Assembly (NCBI GenBank): GCA_014435945.1
Contig: GCA_014435945.1_4088.1
Length of the DNA stretch: 64,000 bases
Strand: one strand, 5' to 3'
From: a phage
Part shown: positions 28,158 to 39,118 of the stretch, piece after piece
Position numbering within the stretch: position 1 is the stretch's first letter
Layout of the letters: every line of letters starts with the position of its first letter
The notes under the pieces: model-generated
The model's database searches: none
The model's input: the letters and a program-made list of their open reading frames with translations, nothing else
What the model was told of the DNA's origin: nothing
Translations under genes and position numbers: made by a program

Positions 28158-29315
28158 CTAATTTATATTCAATTTGATTTCTGTGTAGTTCATCAGTTTT
28201 GGATTATTACCTGGAAAATAAGTTAAAGAATCATCATTAAAAGGCCCACTACCAAATACTTTCCCATCAGAGTTTATAAGAGTTGTATAATTACTTGCAC
28301 TAACAACTGTCTCAATATTACCATCCACTGAACTGAAATCCTGTAATGTAAAGTTTGAACCAGCACCTGGCACAGTTGGGTTGGTGAATCCCATTCTGTT
28401 AGTACTACTGCTATTTGCACCAACACCATAATGAACGACTGAATTGGAAATCCACACACTGACGGTCGCTGTCTGTTCATCTGTTAGAATCTTAAATGTA
28501 CTTACATCATAAGAAAACGGCAATGTAATCTTGCTATTAATTGCACGCTGTTCTGCACTGAATGAATAACCATATCTGTTCGACGATAAACCACGGAAAT
28601 ATAAACCATCACTTTTTGTGTATAACAATTCACCATTTAAACCATTACCGTAGATATTAAGTATAGCAGTATCACCAAGGTTCGTAAATGTAGTCACATC
28701 AGTATTACCACTAATAAACTGATAATTACCACAGAACCACGCTGTATTATCATTCTTAAGAGCCACTATAGTCTCATAAGAACAACTTACAAAATTCCTG
28801 CAATTGGTGTTTATCTTCGTAAATGTTCCTAAACTATTACTTTTGCCTAACCCCAATTGACCACGGTTTCCATATCCAATACCATATAAATCACCATCAG
28901 TGTTTAATGCATATACTGTGTACGAAGCATTATTCCTTCTGGTAAAATCAATCTTCTTGATAGTTCCTAATGCAGAGAACGTAGAACTAACATCAATATA
29001 ATTCAATCCTGAACTACCACCCAGTACTGTAGAGTCGCCAGCAGCAAGATAACGTCCATCAGACATTATTAATAATGTACATCTGGGATGACATATCATA
29101 TCCGATACACCCTGCATTACCATCTGCGGAACTCCCCCACTAATCTCACTAGAACTACCACTACCAAATCTCCAGTTGGTGTTTTGACCATATGCATACA
29201 CGTCACCTGTATTCGTCAATATCATCTGACTAGTACCGAAAGAGTTTATCTTCTTAATCCCAGCAGGTACTGGTGCAATATTCCCGTACTTAACCATTCT
29301 TGCAAAAGGTAACAT
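28158..29315 (-). CDS. RCC1-like repeat protein, array member 13 (MLPFARMVKYGN)
   Basis: As above. Confidence 0.75.
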   Translation of the reverse strand: MLPFARMVKYGNIAPVPAGIKKINSFGTSQMILTNTGDVYAYGQNTNWRFGSGSSSEISGGVPQMVMQGVSDMICHPRCTLLIMSDGRYLAAGDSTVLGGSSGLNYIDVSSTFSALGTIKKIDFTRRNNASYTVYALNTDGDLYGIGYGNRGQLGLGKSNSLGTFTKINTNCRNFVSCSYETIVALKNDNTAWFCGNYQFISGNTDVTTFTNLGDTAILNIYGNGLNGELLYTKSDGLYFRGLSSNRYGYSFSAEQRAINSKITLPFSYDVSTFKILTDEQTATVSVWISNSVVHYGVGANSSSTNRMGFTNPTVPGAGSNFTLQDFSSVDGNIETVVSASNYTTLINSDGKVFGSGPFNDDSLTYFPGNNPKLMNYTEIKLNIN

Positions 29316-29324
29316 ATTTCCCTC

Positions 29325-30500
29325 CTATTCTGGTAAAATCATTTTCTTCATTTTAACTTGTTGTGTACCTGGACTCTGTTCCTGAAACATAGAGCCGTTC
29401 CCACACCAGTACACCTCATTAGTCCCCACTAACGCGTATAACACACCAGAACCACCTTGAACTGAAAATGCATTAACATCTGGTGCAACATCCATATCCT
29501 CATATTGTACCTGGTGGTAATAAGATCTTTCTGATGCAGTAGTAACAGGCCAACCAAGAGGAACACCACTACCACATGTATAAAGTTTACCATTCTGTGT
29601 CATTGCCATTATAAAATAATTCAAACTGTGATTGTTCATCGACCCAGCATCTGGTATAATACCACTAATTGCGGGAGTGGCACTAAATGGACTCATGATA
29701 CTAGTAGTGTCGCCATAACCAATACCTAAAGTATAATCAGTGTTTATACCAGCAGTATATACTCTAATATTACCATTATTAGATGTAAGTACTAAAGTCG
29801 TTAATGTAGTACATGAAATACCAATAACTGTTCCCGATATATCAGTACTTACCGTAAATGTCGAAAGTTTAGAAGAACCTGACCCTAAGTTGTAACTTGC
29901 GTTATTCCCACATCTGTAGTATTGATTATTTTTAACATAATGGAAAGCATCCCCAGCCGTTGTTCCCGCAATTATAGTAACTCCAGTAGCAATCTGAATT
30001 GGCGTTGTTTTTCTACCAGTAACACCCAATGCACCTCCTGTATTACGCCCAATCCCATATAAGTCCCCATTACTTAACAAAATCAATAACGCACCATTTG
30101 ATGCAGTAGTTTCAGTAGCAGCTATATCTACTACTGTAGTAAGTGCTGGTATTGTAGACAATAAAGATGTGATATTAGTCCATCCAGGAACTGGTGATGC
30201 AGATACACCGACATAACCCATTTGACCAGCTAAGTAAAATGCTCCGTCAGTCGTAAGTATAATTGTTGCTGCAAAGAAGCACCAAACATTAGAAACTTTA
30301 TATGGACACTGTACCCACCCATTTTGCACATACGCAGTGCTATTATTTCCTAGCATATAGTTTGCACCATTTCCACGTAGATATAAGTTACCACTATCAA
30401 ATAACATACCCATATGTGATGGAGATGTACTTATCTTCATAACACCTGAAGGTGCTGGAACTCTGTTTCCGTACTTAACCATTCTTGCAAAAGGTAACAT
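29325..30500 (-). CDS. RCC1-like repeat protein, array member 12 (MLPFARMVKYGN)
   Basis: As above; first gene of an apparent 4-gene operon. Confidence 0.75.
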   Translation of the reverse strand: MLPFARMVKYGNRVPAPSGVMKISTSPSHMGMLFDSGNLYLRGNGANYMLGNNSTAYVQNGWVQCPYKVSNVWCFFAATIILTTDGAFYLAGQMGYVGVSASPVPGWTNITSLLSTIPALTTVVDIAATETTASNGALLILLSNGDLYGIGRNTGGALGVTGRKTTPIQIATGVTIIAGTTAGDAFHYVKNNQYYRCGNNASYNLGSGSSKLSTFTVSTDISGTVIGISCTTLTTLVLTSNNGNIRVYTAGINTDYTLGIGYGDTTSIMSPFSATPAISGIIPDAGSMNNHSLNYFIMAMTQNGKLYTCGSGVPLGWPVTTASERSYYHQVQYEDMDVAPDVNAFSVQGGSGVLYALVGTNEVYWCGNGSMFQEQSPGTQQVKMKKMILPE

Positions 30501-30571
30501 ATTTCCCTCCTTTATTCATTATACTATATTTAATACAAATAAGAAAGCCAGTATCAAGTACTGGCCTATAT
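30501..30571 (-). promoter_or_regulatory. array intergenic cassette (hairpin 30546-30564, TATAAT, AAGGAGG)
   Basis: Seen directly. Confidence 0.65.
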
Positions 30572-31741
30572 TTAAACTGGTGAATCTAATATAAATTCTA
30601 AACTACTAATGCCACCATATGTGACATCTGTTCCCGTGCTATATACAAAATTACCATCAGTTATATAAGTTCGGTGATAACTACCTGCCATCTGTGACTT
30701 ACTATAATCAAACCCATCAGGTACGATTGCTTTGGTATATACTAATGCATTAGTAGATGTACCAATACCTAACATACCAGCTTGTGTAGATTTATTGTAA
30801 CCGCAACAATATATACCATCTGTTGTAGCAATAACTTGGTTATAATATGAAGTATTGTTAGCAATGCTTACTACATCACCAGGTGGCATTAGTGATGCTG
30901 TTTGTACCTCAAATGCTCTATAATCGTTGAGAGAACCATCGTTCCCATCTGCTTGTGCACCAAATATTCTTGAACCACCATTTGCGATGATAGTTTTACC
31001 AGTGGGATCAGTGCCTATTGCCATTGCCATTGAAGTACCATTATTCACATAGTATTTTATATTAATTGTATTACTTAAGCTGGTAGGAGCACCATAATAT
31101 ATATTATATAACTTACTTCCTGAACTTGTAACTGCATTGACTCTTCCTGTATAAAATAGCCATCCTTGGTTTGTAACATAACCGTGCATTAAATTACTTG
31201 CAAACAATTTAACAGGTAATTGATTTGCTGCGGTCGGGACAGTACTTTTGACGAATCTACCAGAAACATAGTTAGTTGTTGTCCCATCACCCAACTGACC
31301 ATCCGACCCTACTCCAGTACTCCATATTGTTTGGTCTGATAGTAACACACTTGTAGTCTGATAACTAACGGCTATATCTAATATTGGTAATGTTAATGTA
31401 TTGAATATAGGCATAGCAGATGTCCATATTGATACTCCTGCCCCTTTCATACCAACAGTTGTTGAACTTCCACTGTACCATATTTCATTATTGCTTTTCT
31501 TAACAACTATCGACGTGGTTCCCATCCAAAAATCTTCAACACCAGAAGTACTAAAAGTCCATGTAGTAACAGTATTTTCGTGACCTAAACCCAAAAGACC
31601 ATATGCATTATCACCACGCACATATAAATCACCACTGTTTGTTAAAACAGCAACATTATAGTTGTTAGCAAGTATTTTTTTAATATTTGGTTTAGTAGGT
31701 GCAATATTCCCGTAATCAAACATTCTAACAAAAGGTAACAT
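30572..31741 (-). CDS. RCC1-like repeat protein, array member 11 (MLPFVRMFDYGN); track start 31777 is translated promoter
   Basis: Start set at conserved MLPF codon after AAGGAGG. Confidence 0.75.
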   Translation of the reverse strand: MLPFVRMFDYGNIAPTKPNIKKILANNYNVAVLTNSGDLYVRGDNAYGLLGLGHENTVTTWTFSTSGVEDFWMGTTSIVVKKSNNEIWYSGSSTTVGMKGAGVSIWTSAMPIFNTLTLPILDIAVSYQTTSVLLSDQTIWSTGVGSDGQLGDGTTTNYVSGRFVKSTVPTAANQLPVKLFASNLMHGYVTNQGWLFYTGRVNAVTSSGSKLYNIYYGAPTSLSNTINIKYYVNNGTSMAMAIGTDPTGKTIIANGGSRIFGAQADGNDGSLNDYRAFEVQTASLMPPGDVVSIANNTSYYNQVIATTDGIYCCGYNKSTQAGMLGIGTSTNALVYTKAIVPDGFDYSKSQMAGSYHRTYITDGNFVYSTGTDVTYGGISSLEFILDSPV

Positions 31742-31811
31742 ATTTCCTCCTTTATTCATTATACTATATTTAATCAAAAAGAAAAGCCAGTATCAAGTAC
31801 TGGCATTATTG
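31742..31811 (-). promoter_or_regulatory. array intergenic cassette (hairpin 31786-31804)
   Basis: Seen directly. Confidence 0.65.
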
Positions 31812-33002
31812 TTATAGTTGTCTTGGAGTATCAAGTACATATCTATTTGTACTAGGACCACCATCATCATAAGTTCCGGTTGAATATATATTTTTCATAT
31901 CAGCAGTTAGGAAAGTACGTAACGACCCTCGATATATTTTTATTTTATCATACATAGAATATGTTATTTCTGACGGCAATGGACATGCAGTAAATTTACC
32001 AATGGTAACATTAGAACCAACACCCAATGAACCAGCATAACTACTCGCATTTAAACCTGTTGCATATACACCAGAACTCGTAACTAGTATACTAGATTGT
32101 GCTGGGTATCCAGTATGAATTGAATACAAAGTACCGGGTGGTAAGGTTGTACTATTATTTCCTAATACTGCTCGTGCTGTACTAGACGTAGTGTTATTAC
32201 CCCATGCCCCATTATTGGCGTTCCCACCCACTAGGAACTGACGTGCTCCTGTACTTGGATTCTCCACTAAAGCACTGACTGCACCAATTGTACATACAAC
32301 ATATTGTAATGTTTTTGTATATGTTGTACTTGGCTGATATAAAGTATATTGATTGTATGGAGTCCATGTATCAGTAGTACTTATACCTGATGTACTACCA
32401 CCAATATATAAATTATTTTGTGTATCATAAAACATTACACAGCTATTTGTTGACTGTATTCGTGCAATATCAACATTAGGCGTGACAGCTTTTACAAATG
32501 ATCCATCTGTTATTTGTTGAGTACTACCAGTACCATCAGCGAATTGTCTAGCCCCACTCCAACCAGTACTCCATATTGTATTATTATCCATTAAGAAAGT
32601 AAACCAAGTAGTACCTGCATACATCTGTTTAATTGAAGTACCTGAACTTTGTGTGTACAAATTTTCAATATATTGGTTATAACTTAAAAATGATGTAGTA
32701 CTAGTTTCTAAACCAATATGACCACCATATCCACAATAAAAATAATTTAAGTCCTTATCTTGAACTAACAAAGTTCCTTGTGTCATCCAGCAATCTTTGA
32801 CATTTTCTCTAATTAATGTCCACGACCTTACTGCATTATTATTTCCGCGACCGAACTTCCCATAACTATTATTTCCTCGTGCGTATAGTTGACCGTCAGT
32901 ATAAAGTACAACCACATCAGTATCAGTTGGTATTATTTTCTTAATTAGAAGAGGTTCAGGTGTGATATTCCCATAATCAAACAATCTAACAAAAGGTAAC
33001 AT
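31812..33002 (-). CDS. RCC1-like repeat protein, array member 10 (MLPFVRLFDYGN)
   Basis: As above. Confidence 0.75.
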   Translation of the reverse strand: MLPFVRLFDYGNITPEPLLIKKIIPTDTDVVVLYTDGQLYARGNNSYGKFGRGNNNAVRSWTLIRENVKDCWMTQGTLLVQDKDLNYFYCGYGGHIGLETSTTSFLSYNQYIENLYTQSSGTSIKQMYAGTTWFTFLMDNNTIWSTGWSGARQFADGTGSTQQITDGSFVKAVTPNVDIARIQSTNSCVMFYDTQNNLYIGGSTSGISTTDTWTPYNQYTLYQPSTTYTKTLQYVVCTIGAVSALVENPSTGARQFLVGGNANNGAWGNNTTSSTARAVLGNNSTTLPPGTLYSIHTGYPAQSSILVTSSGVYATGLNASSYAGSLGVGSNVTIGKFTACPLPSEITYSMYDKIKIYRGSLRTFLTADMKNIYSTGTYDDGGPSTNRYVLDTPRQL

Positions 33003-33073
33003 ATTTTCCTCCTTTATTCATTATACTATATTTAACCAAAAAGAAAAGCCAGTGCTCAAGTACTGGAGTAATG
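33003..33073 (-). promoter_or_regulatory. array intergenic cassette (hairpin 33049-33066)
   Basis: Seen directly. Confidence 0.65.
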
Positions 33074-34216
33074 TCAATAAGTATCCCAAGGTAATGGTGT
33101 CTTCCTAAATCCATACCTGGTTGTGCTCGCACCATCACCAGCAATGTATCTACCTATACCACATTGGTATAACTCTGTACTACTACATATAGCACCACCT
33201 ATAGTACCACTACTCCACTGAATTATATTAGAATATGTTATTGGTAAATCACTACATTTAGTATATATCCCAACGGTAGCACCACCACTAATACCACCAA
33301 ACATACTTCGGTTAGCACCAGTGTAATATATACCATCTGGACTCATAAATGCAGAGGTGTAAGTTGTACTGCAATCCACTGGACTTCTTATTGTATTAAG
33401 ATCGCCTGGGTATGTCCTGACACCAAAGGTGTATACATTACCATCAGTTGTAATACCATTACCTAACTGTCCACTGTTTTGTCCACCACATGTAAGCAAC
33501 AATGCAGAACCAGAAACAATTGCAGTAGCATTATACGAAGTACCCATTGCAATAGAAGCACCAGACAATAGTTTTGGAGTAACAATAGCTGTTGTATTAC
33601 CCTGGCCTAATTCACCATTGATATTTCGTCCCCATGCGTATATAGAAGTCGTATCCAATCGACATAGTACTGAACCATAACTAAACGTATATCGCATGTC
33701 ATTTACAGCAGAAGGCAAATTAACCTTAGTTGCAACACTAATAACACCACCAGTAACACCACTGTTTGCGTACATGTTACGACCATATGCATATAAAGAA
33801 CCATCTGAAGTTTTAATATGCATCATACCATCTGTACAATATAATGCATCTATACTCTCCACCGCAACCGGACCCATACTGGTAGTTATATCGGTCCACC
33901 CAAGCGTGGTAGTACTAGAAATTAAGTTATTTCCGGCGTATAGTATTCTATTATTATTAGTAACTACAACTGTATATCTGGCAGTAACACCAATTAATCG
34001 AACATCAGTATATATCTTAGACCACGCACCTAATGAATTGGTGTTTGCATCCAAAAAGCCCAACTGCCCATCTGTATTGTATCCAATACCCCATACATCA
34101 CCTGCACTGTCCAATAACACTTCATGTGAAAATCCAATCTTAAAATCTTTTATTGTAGGAACTACCGGAACTGGTGCAATATTCCCGTACTTAACCATTC
34201 TTGCAAAAGGTAACAT
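33074..34216 (-). CDS. RCC1-like repeat protein, array member 9 (MLPFARMVKYGN)
   Basis: As above. Confidence 0.75.
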   Translation of the reverse strand: MLPFARMVKYGNIAPVPVVPTIKDFKIGFSHEVLLDSAGDVWGIGYNTDGQLGFLDANTNSLGAWSKIYTDVRLIGVTARYTVVVTNNNRILYAGNNLISSTTTLGWTDITTSMGPVAVESIDALYCTDGMMHIKTSDGSLYAYGRNMYANSGVTGGVISVATKVNLPSAVNDMRYTFSYGSVLCRLDTTSIYAWGRNINGELGQGNTTAIVTPKLLSGASIAMGTSYNATAIVSGSALLLTCGGQNSGQLGNGITTDGNVYTFGVRTYPGDLNTIRSPVDCSTTYTSAFMSPDGIYYTGANRSMFGGISGGATVGIYTKCSDLPITYSNIIQWSSGTIGGAICSSTELYQCGIGRYIAGDGASTTRYGFRKTPLPWDTY

Positions 34217-34281
34217 AATTCCCTCCTTTATTCATTATACTATATTTAATACAAATAAGAATGCCAGTATCAAGTACTGGC
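34217..34281 (-). promoter_or_regulatory. array intergenic cassette; hairpin 34263-34281 overlaps last codons of upstream gene
   Basis: Seen directly. Confidence 0.6.
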
Positions 34282-35466
34282 ATTAATTGTTGGGAGTGGG
34301 AATTCTTTCATGACAGATGAACTACTTGCTGAAATATTATCAGGAGATTTCCCCGCGTAGTATAATTTATTATTAATGTACATATACAACGTTGCATCGT
34401 TCCCTGCTACAAGGGATTCACTTTTCTTAAAGTTAACACCAGCAGGTAAAATTGCTTCAACAAATGATCCTGAATCGCGTGTGGTATTATTTGCTAACTG
34501 ACCATTGTTATTATAACCAGTACTATAAATTTTACCTGAACTATAATATACAAGACCACGTGTACTAGTGTTTTCTATTCGAATGAATTCACTATCATCT
34601 GGGACTGTAGTTGATAGTACTGCGTTTAACCTATAAGCAGTTGATACATTATTATTGCCCAGTTGTCCATAACCTTGAAAACCTAGTGCATACATAGGAC
34701 ATGATTCTGGTGATGTTGGTGTTCCTTTTGTTATAATACCAATATAATTCGCACTACAAAAAATATCTACTGCTTCTACAACAGGTGTACCCTTATATTG
34801 AACCCAAGGGAATACATACGATTGTTGTCTGCCATCTGCCAAAGTACCAGAAGATGTTGTTCCTGTACGCCACATTGTATCATCAAGTTTAATAATCCAG
34901 TTAGCTGATGTAATTGATGAACAGAATTTTTTAACATTATCTACTACAAATGTAAATCTATTATAATATGATGCCGTGTTTATACCAAACTTAGCACCAG
35001 TATTATCACCTAACACATATAAACTATTATCAGTTCCTAAAATCACAGCATAATTATAACCTACGTATATCTCTTTAATTCTTGAAATTCCAAATTGTGT
35101 AAAATAGCTTGTACATTCAGTGAATGTTGTTACATTATTGGTGGTATTATTACCCAGCCAAGTATCCAAACCACTATAAAAGAATCTATCATCATTAGTG
35201 CGTATTAGACAAAAAGCGTTCATAGTACTGCACCAAAAATCTTTAACATTGCTATATATTTTTGTCCATTCAGTTACTTGATTAGTATGACCTAAACCAA
35301 AAATTCCACCATTCTGAAGACCCATAGCCCATACTGAACCATTTACATCAAGTAGCATTGTACATGTATATGAATAACCACCCGATGGGGTGACTAATTT
35401 AGTAAAATTTGGTACATATGGAATGACTACATTCCCGTACTTAACCATTCTTGCAAAAGGTAACAT
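34270..35466 (-). CDS. RCC1-like repeat protein, array member 8 (MLPFARMVKYGN)
   Basis: As above. Confidence 0.75.
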   Translation of the reverse strand: MLPFARMVKYGNVVIPYVPNFTKLVTPSGGYSYTCTMLLDVNGSVWAMGLQNGGIFGLGHTNQVTEWTKIYSNVKDFWCSTMNAFCLIRTNDDRFFYSGLDTWLGNNTTNNVTTFTECTSYFTQFGISRIKEIYVGYNYAVILGTDNSLYVLGDNTGAKFGINTASYYNRFTFVVDNVKKFCSSITSANWIIKLDDTMWRTGTTSSGTLADGRQQSYVFPWVQYKGTPVVEAVDIFCSANYIGIITKGTPTSPESCPMYALGFQGYGQLGNNNVSTAYRLNAVLSTTVPDDSEFIRIENTSTRGLVYYSSGKIYSTGYNNNGQLANNTTRDSGSFVEAILPAGVNFKKSESLVAGNDATLYMYINNKLYYAGKSPDNISASSSSVMKEFPLPTINAST

Positions 35467-35537
35467 ATTTCCCTCCTTTATTCATTATACTATATTTAAT
35501 TCAAAAAGAAAAGCCAGTATCAAGTACTGGCATTATG
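35467..35537 (-). promoter_or_regulatory. array intergenic cassette (hairpin 35513-35531)
   Basis: Seen directly. Confidence 0.65.
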
Positions 35538-36647
35538 TTATTTTGGTAAATCAATTTTAGTAAAGACTGCAACATCCTCGCTTGCCCCTGGGATGGCGTA
35601 ATAAGAACCAGTACTATATACATCTCCGTCTTTTGTTAATATTGATGTCAAACCATCACTAAAAAGAACATCCCTAATTGCACTAACTTCAACGGGTAAT
35701 TGTAAATTTGTAGCACTATATATAGCACCAGTTTGAGAATTGTTTAATCCCAAACCACGGTTCGCCCCAACACCCTTCTGATATGTACTAGTAATTACCA
35801 TTTGTGTCGCAGTATTTAAGGCAGGTGAATTCGTCATAAACAACGGAGAACTATTCGGCAAAGTACTTACAGGAACTGCACGGAATGTAGTTGTATCTGA
35901 ACTAAGAAAGTTTGGCGTTTGACCACATACGAAATATGATGTACCATTATAGTAATTAAATGCATTACCACCTATAGCTGCATCTATTACTCCAGTACTA
36001 CGTAATCCCCACGTGTTAATTTGTGTTCGGTTCCCCGTGCCATGCTGACCCCTGTCATTCCACCCAGAACTATATAACTTATTATCTAATGTAATATACA
36101 TACTGTCATTTGCATTCGTCATTACTTTACGCACATTAGTAGCACATTGAGTTAATGTGTAAATTGATGATGAACCAATACCTAAAGCACCACGATATCC
36201 ATTAGCCCCTGCACCATAGAGTACTGAACTAGTGCTAAGTACAAATATTAAACCATACGAACATACTATATCAGCAATTTCATTTACCGATAGTACACTC
36301 GTAAACCACGCAGTCCTATCAACTAATACAGTACTGTAAGAAGTCCCAGTAGAAGACGAAAACCAATAAGTCTCACCAGCAGTCCATATAGTATTGTCAC
36401 TCTTAATAACAACAACTGTACGATCACCAGCAAAAAAATTAGTAACTCCTGTACTCACTAATCTCCATGAAGATACAGTGTTGGTATTACCATTACCAGA
36501 TTCACCACCTTGATTTCTTCCTATGTAATATAAATCATGTGAATCAGTCAATAAGAATTGACCCTGTGTGGAAGCACCAACTTTAATTATATTTTTAGGA
36601 CCAGGTGCAACATTCCCATACTCCAACATCCTTACAAAAGGTAACAT
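35538..36647 (-). CDS. RCC1-like repeat protein, array member 7 (MLPFVRMLEYGN)
   Basis: As above. Confidence 0.75.
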   Translation of the reverse strand: MLPFVRMLEYGNVAPGPKNIIKVGASTQGQFLLTDSHDLYYIGRNQGGESGNGNTNTVSSWRLVSTGVTNFFAGDRTVVVIKSDNTIWTAGETYWFSSSTGTSYSTVLVDRTAWFTSVLSVNEIADIVCSYGLIFVLSTSSVLYGAGANGYRGALGIGSSSIYTLTQCATNVRKVMTNANDSMYITLDNKLYSSGWNDRGQHGTGNRTQINTWGLRSTGVIDAAIGGNAFNYYNGTSYFVCGQTPNFLSSDTTTFRAVPVSTLPNSSPLFMTNSPALNTATQMVITSTYQKGVGANRGLGLNNSQTGAIYSATNLQLPVEVSAIRDVLFSDGLTSILTKDGDVYSTGSYYAIPGASEDVAVFTKIDLPK

Positions 36648-36657
36648 ATTTCTCTCC

Positions 36658-37788
36658 TTAATTTAATAATGCCCCTGGCAAATCCACTTTGACGAATTGT
36701 GCATATGCTGAGGAATTTTGATCAAAGTTTGGTCCCAATCCATAAAATGAGCTAATGCCGTCTTCATTTGTGTATATGATATAAACGTTCTTTACATCAT
36801 TTCCGCATATAAATCGAATGTCTTTCGTTTGTGTTCCCGCTGGAACATTACGAAGGTTCACAACGCCATTACTTGCATTGTTATCAGCCGCCGCAATTGG
36901 TAATTGATTTTGACCATATTGACCACGCATATTTTTTGCATCTAAACCAAACACAGTATCTGATACCGCACCAACTTTCAAAAATGAACCAAAACTATTA
37001 TTGAATGACTTTGGAAATGTACCACTATAAACACTTCTCCCATCTGATAATACCGCTGAACTGAATTTCCCGCTATTCGATATGGCAAATTCATTGTAAG
37101 GAAGTGTACCCATTTTGGTATATACAGAATATGAATTAGTGGAAGTATTATCAATAATCTTATTACCATTATATCCAATACCATACTGGTATCCGTCTGC
37201 ATCTTGAACTATACACAAAGGACCACTTGGGGTTTGTGTCAACGAAACAACACGTTCAACTTGTATATCACCAAATGTATTTCTTCGCCATGTTCTATCT
37301 ATTATAGTACTAGTATTACCCAAAGATAATGCCACACTATATAATAGATTGTTTTCAGTAAAAATGGCAACATAATATGCGTGGTTAATAACTTGCTTCA
37401 TCCCAGCATCAATAACTTCCTGTGGAATATGATCAGTAACATCCAACCAATCAAGGTTAGATGATGCAATATCTGGAGTACTGAATTTGTCAAATCTAGT
37501 TGAGCCACAAACTAGCACTCTATCATCATTTGTCAAAGCCACTGTGCTAGTCTGCATATTAGAACTGAATGATTTAACATTACTAATGTTAGACTTGTAC
37601 CAACCCTTATCAGCAGCACCCACCGTGAATCCGGTTCCCATTGATCCACTTGTACTTGTACCATAAGCCCACATCTCACCACTATATGTTAGTGCCATAC
37701 AGTGGCTTCCATTTGCTTGGAAATCCTTTATACCAGTGGGAGCAACCACTGTATTCCCATAATCAAACATTCTAACAAAAGGTAACAT
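36658..37788 (-). CDS. RCC1-like repeat protein, array member 6 (MLPFVRMFDYGN); start at conserved MLPF codon
   Basis: Track start 37803 adds MEILV. Confidence 0.7.
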   Translation of the reverse strand: MLPFVRMFDYGNTVVAPTGIKDFQANGSHCMALTYSGEMWAYGTSTSGSMGTGFTVGAADKGWYKSNISNVKSFSSNMQTSTVALTNDDRVLVCGSTRFDKFSTPDIASSNLDWLDVTDHIPQEVIDAGMKQVINHAYYVAIFTENNLLYSVALSLGNTSTIIDRTWRRNTFGDIQVERVVSLTQTPSGPLCIVQDADGYQYGIGYNGNKIIDNTSTNSYSVYTKMGTLPYNEFAISNSGKFSSAVLSDGRSVYSGTFPKSFNNSFGSFLKVGAVSDTVFGLDAKNMRGQYGQNQLPIAAADNNASNGVVNLRNVPAGTQTKDIRFICGNDVKNVYIIYTNEDGISSFYGLGPNFDQNSSAYAQFVKVDLPGALLN

Positions 37789-37803
37789 AACTAAAATCTC
37801 CAT

Positions 37804-37863
37804 ATAATAATTATAATGTATTTACAAAAAAATACCAGTACGTATTTCAGTACTGGTATAATG
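37804..37863 (-). promoter_or_regulatory. array intergenic cassette variant (hairpin ACCAGTAC..GTACTGGT, TATAAT, GGAG)
   Basis: Seen directly. Confidence 0.55.
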
Positions 37864-39045
37864 TTATGGTAAAATAATAGCTTGTAACGAACTCATACCC
37901 AATGTTGGGACACTCGCCTGTGGTGCTGGTGAATTCAATTTTGGTGATGAAACCGCATATGACATTCCTGAACCCAAATCTGGATCAAAAACTACAGCAC
38001 AATAATTCCCACTATATATAAGTCCATTCTTGTATCCTTGTGCACTTTGAATGCATTTCGTGAACGTACCAATATCTGTAGTGGCATTTATTAAGTTCCT
38101 CCCACGATAACCGCAGGTGTATATGAAATTATCATCGCCTATGTACATACTAGAATCCCCAGAAGAACTACATAGATACGACATATAAGCACGCATGTTT
38201 TTAGGAGCAACTGACAATGTACCTGCATAGAATTTATTATTCGAACCCGTAATATCACCATCACCCAATGCACCAAAACTTCCCCAGCCAGTACCGTAAT
38301 ATCTCTTATCACTCAAAAATATAATACAGTTGTTATTACACATCTTGATTTGATATATCAATGAAGGATCAACCCCAGGGAATGATTCAGTGAATGTTAG
38401 AACAGCCGGATCAGTACTAGCATTACATTGATGATATGTATTAGTACCAGCGGACAAGATTGTTCCATTAGCTAACAGAATTCTCGCAGTACCAGTACCA
38501 GCAGTACAAGCAACTGCACTTCCTGCACTTCCGGTGTATATTTGTCTGAAAGTAAAGAAACCAACAGTTTTACTTCCCTGCCCACTCCAACCAGTATTAT
38601 CAACTCCACACGCCCATACTGAACCATCTTGCATGATCATCATTACACCAAAGCGTTCTATTGAAATATAAACAATCTTCGTTGTATCAACTGCACTAAA
38701 TCTAGAAGTTATATCAGTCCATACCTTAACACTTACCGCCGTCGCACTGGAAGTAGGATCTTCACCAGCTATCATTATCCTCCCATTGTTAGTAAGATAC
38801 ATTGTCTGACTATAACCAGTACTACAAAACTTAACACTATTAGTCTCTGGAACTTTTAACCACTCGTTGTAACGTGTTACGTTAGTGTTATTACCTAACT
38901 GATAATAGTTATTCATCCCAGATACATATAACACACCATCCTTTATTAAACTATAAGTCGCACTATAGTCACTACAGGTATAACGTGTACCCACAGGTCG
39001 CTCAACGACGTTCCCATAATCAAACATTCTAACAAAAGGTAACAT
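37864..39045 (-). CDS. RCC1-like repeat protein, array member 5 (MLPFVRMFDYGN)
   Basis: As above. Confidence 0.75.
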   Translation of the reverse strand: MLPFVRMFDYGNVVERPVGTRYTCSDYSATYSLIKDGVLYVSGMNNYYQLGNNTNVTRYNEWLKVPETNSVKFCSTGYSQTMYLTNNGRIMIAGEDPTSSATAVSVKVWTDITSRFSAVDTTKIVYISIERFGVMMIMQDGSVWACGVDNTGWSGQGSKTVGFFTFRQIYTGSAGSAVACTAGTGTARILLANGTILSAGTNTYHQCNASTDPAVLTFTESFPGVDPSLIYQIKMCNNNCIIFLSDKRYYGTGWGSFGALGDGDITGSNNKFYAGTLSVAPKNMRAYMSYLCSSSGDSSMYIGDDNFIYTCGYRGRNLINATTDIGTFTKCIQSAQGYKNGLIYSGNYCAVVFDPDLGSGMSYAVSSPKLNSPAPQASVPTLGMSSLQAIILP

Positions 39046-39118
39046 AATAAAATCTCCGTAATTAAATTATATAGTATTTACAAAAAATACCAGTACATAT
39101 TTCAGTACTGACCTATTA
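39046..39118 (-). promoter_or_regulatory. array intergenic cassette variant
   Basis: Seen directly. Confidence 0.55.
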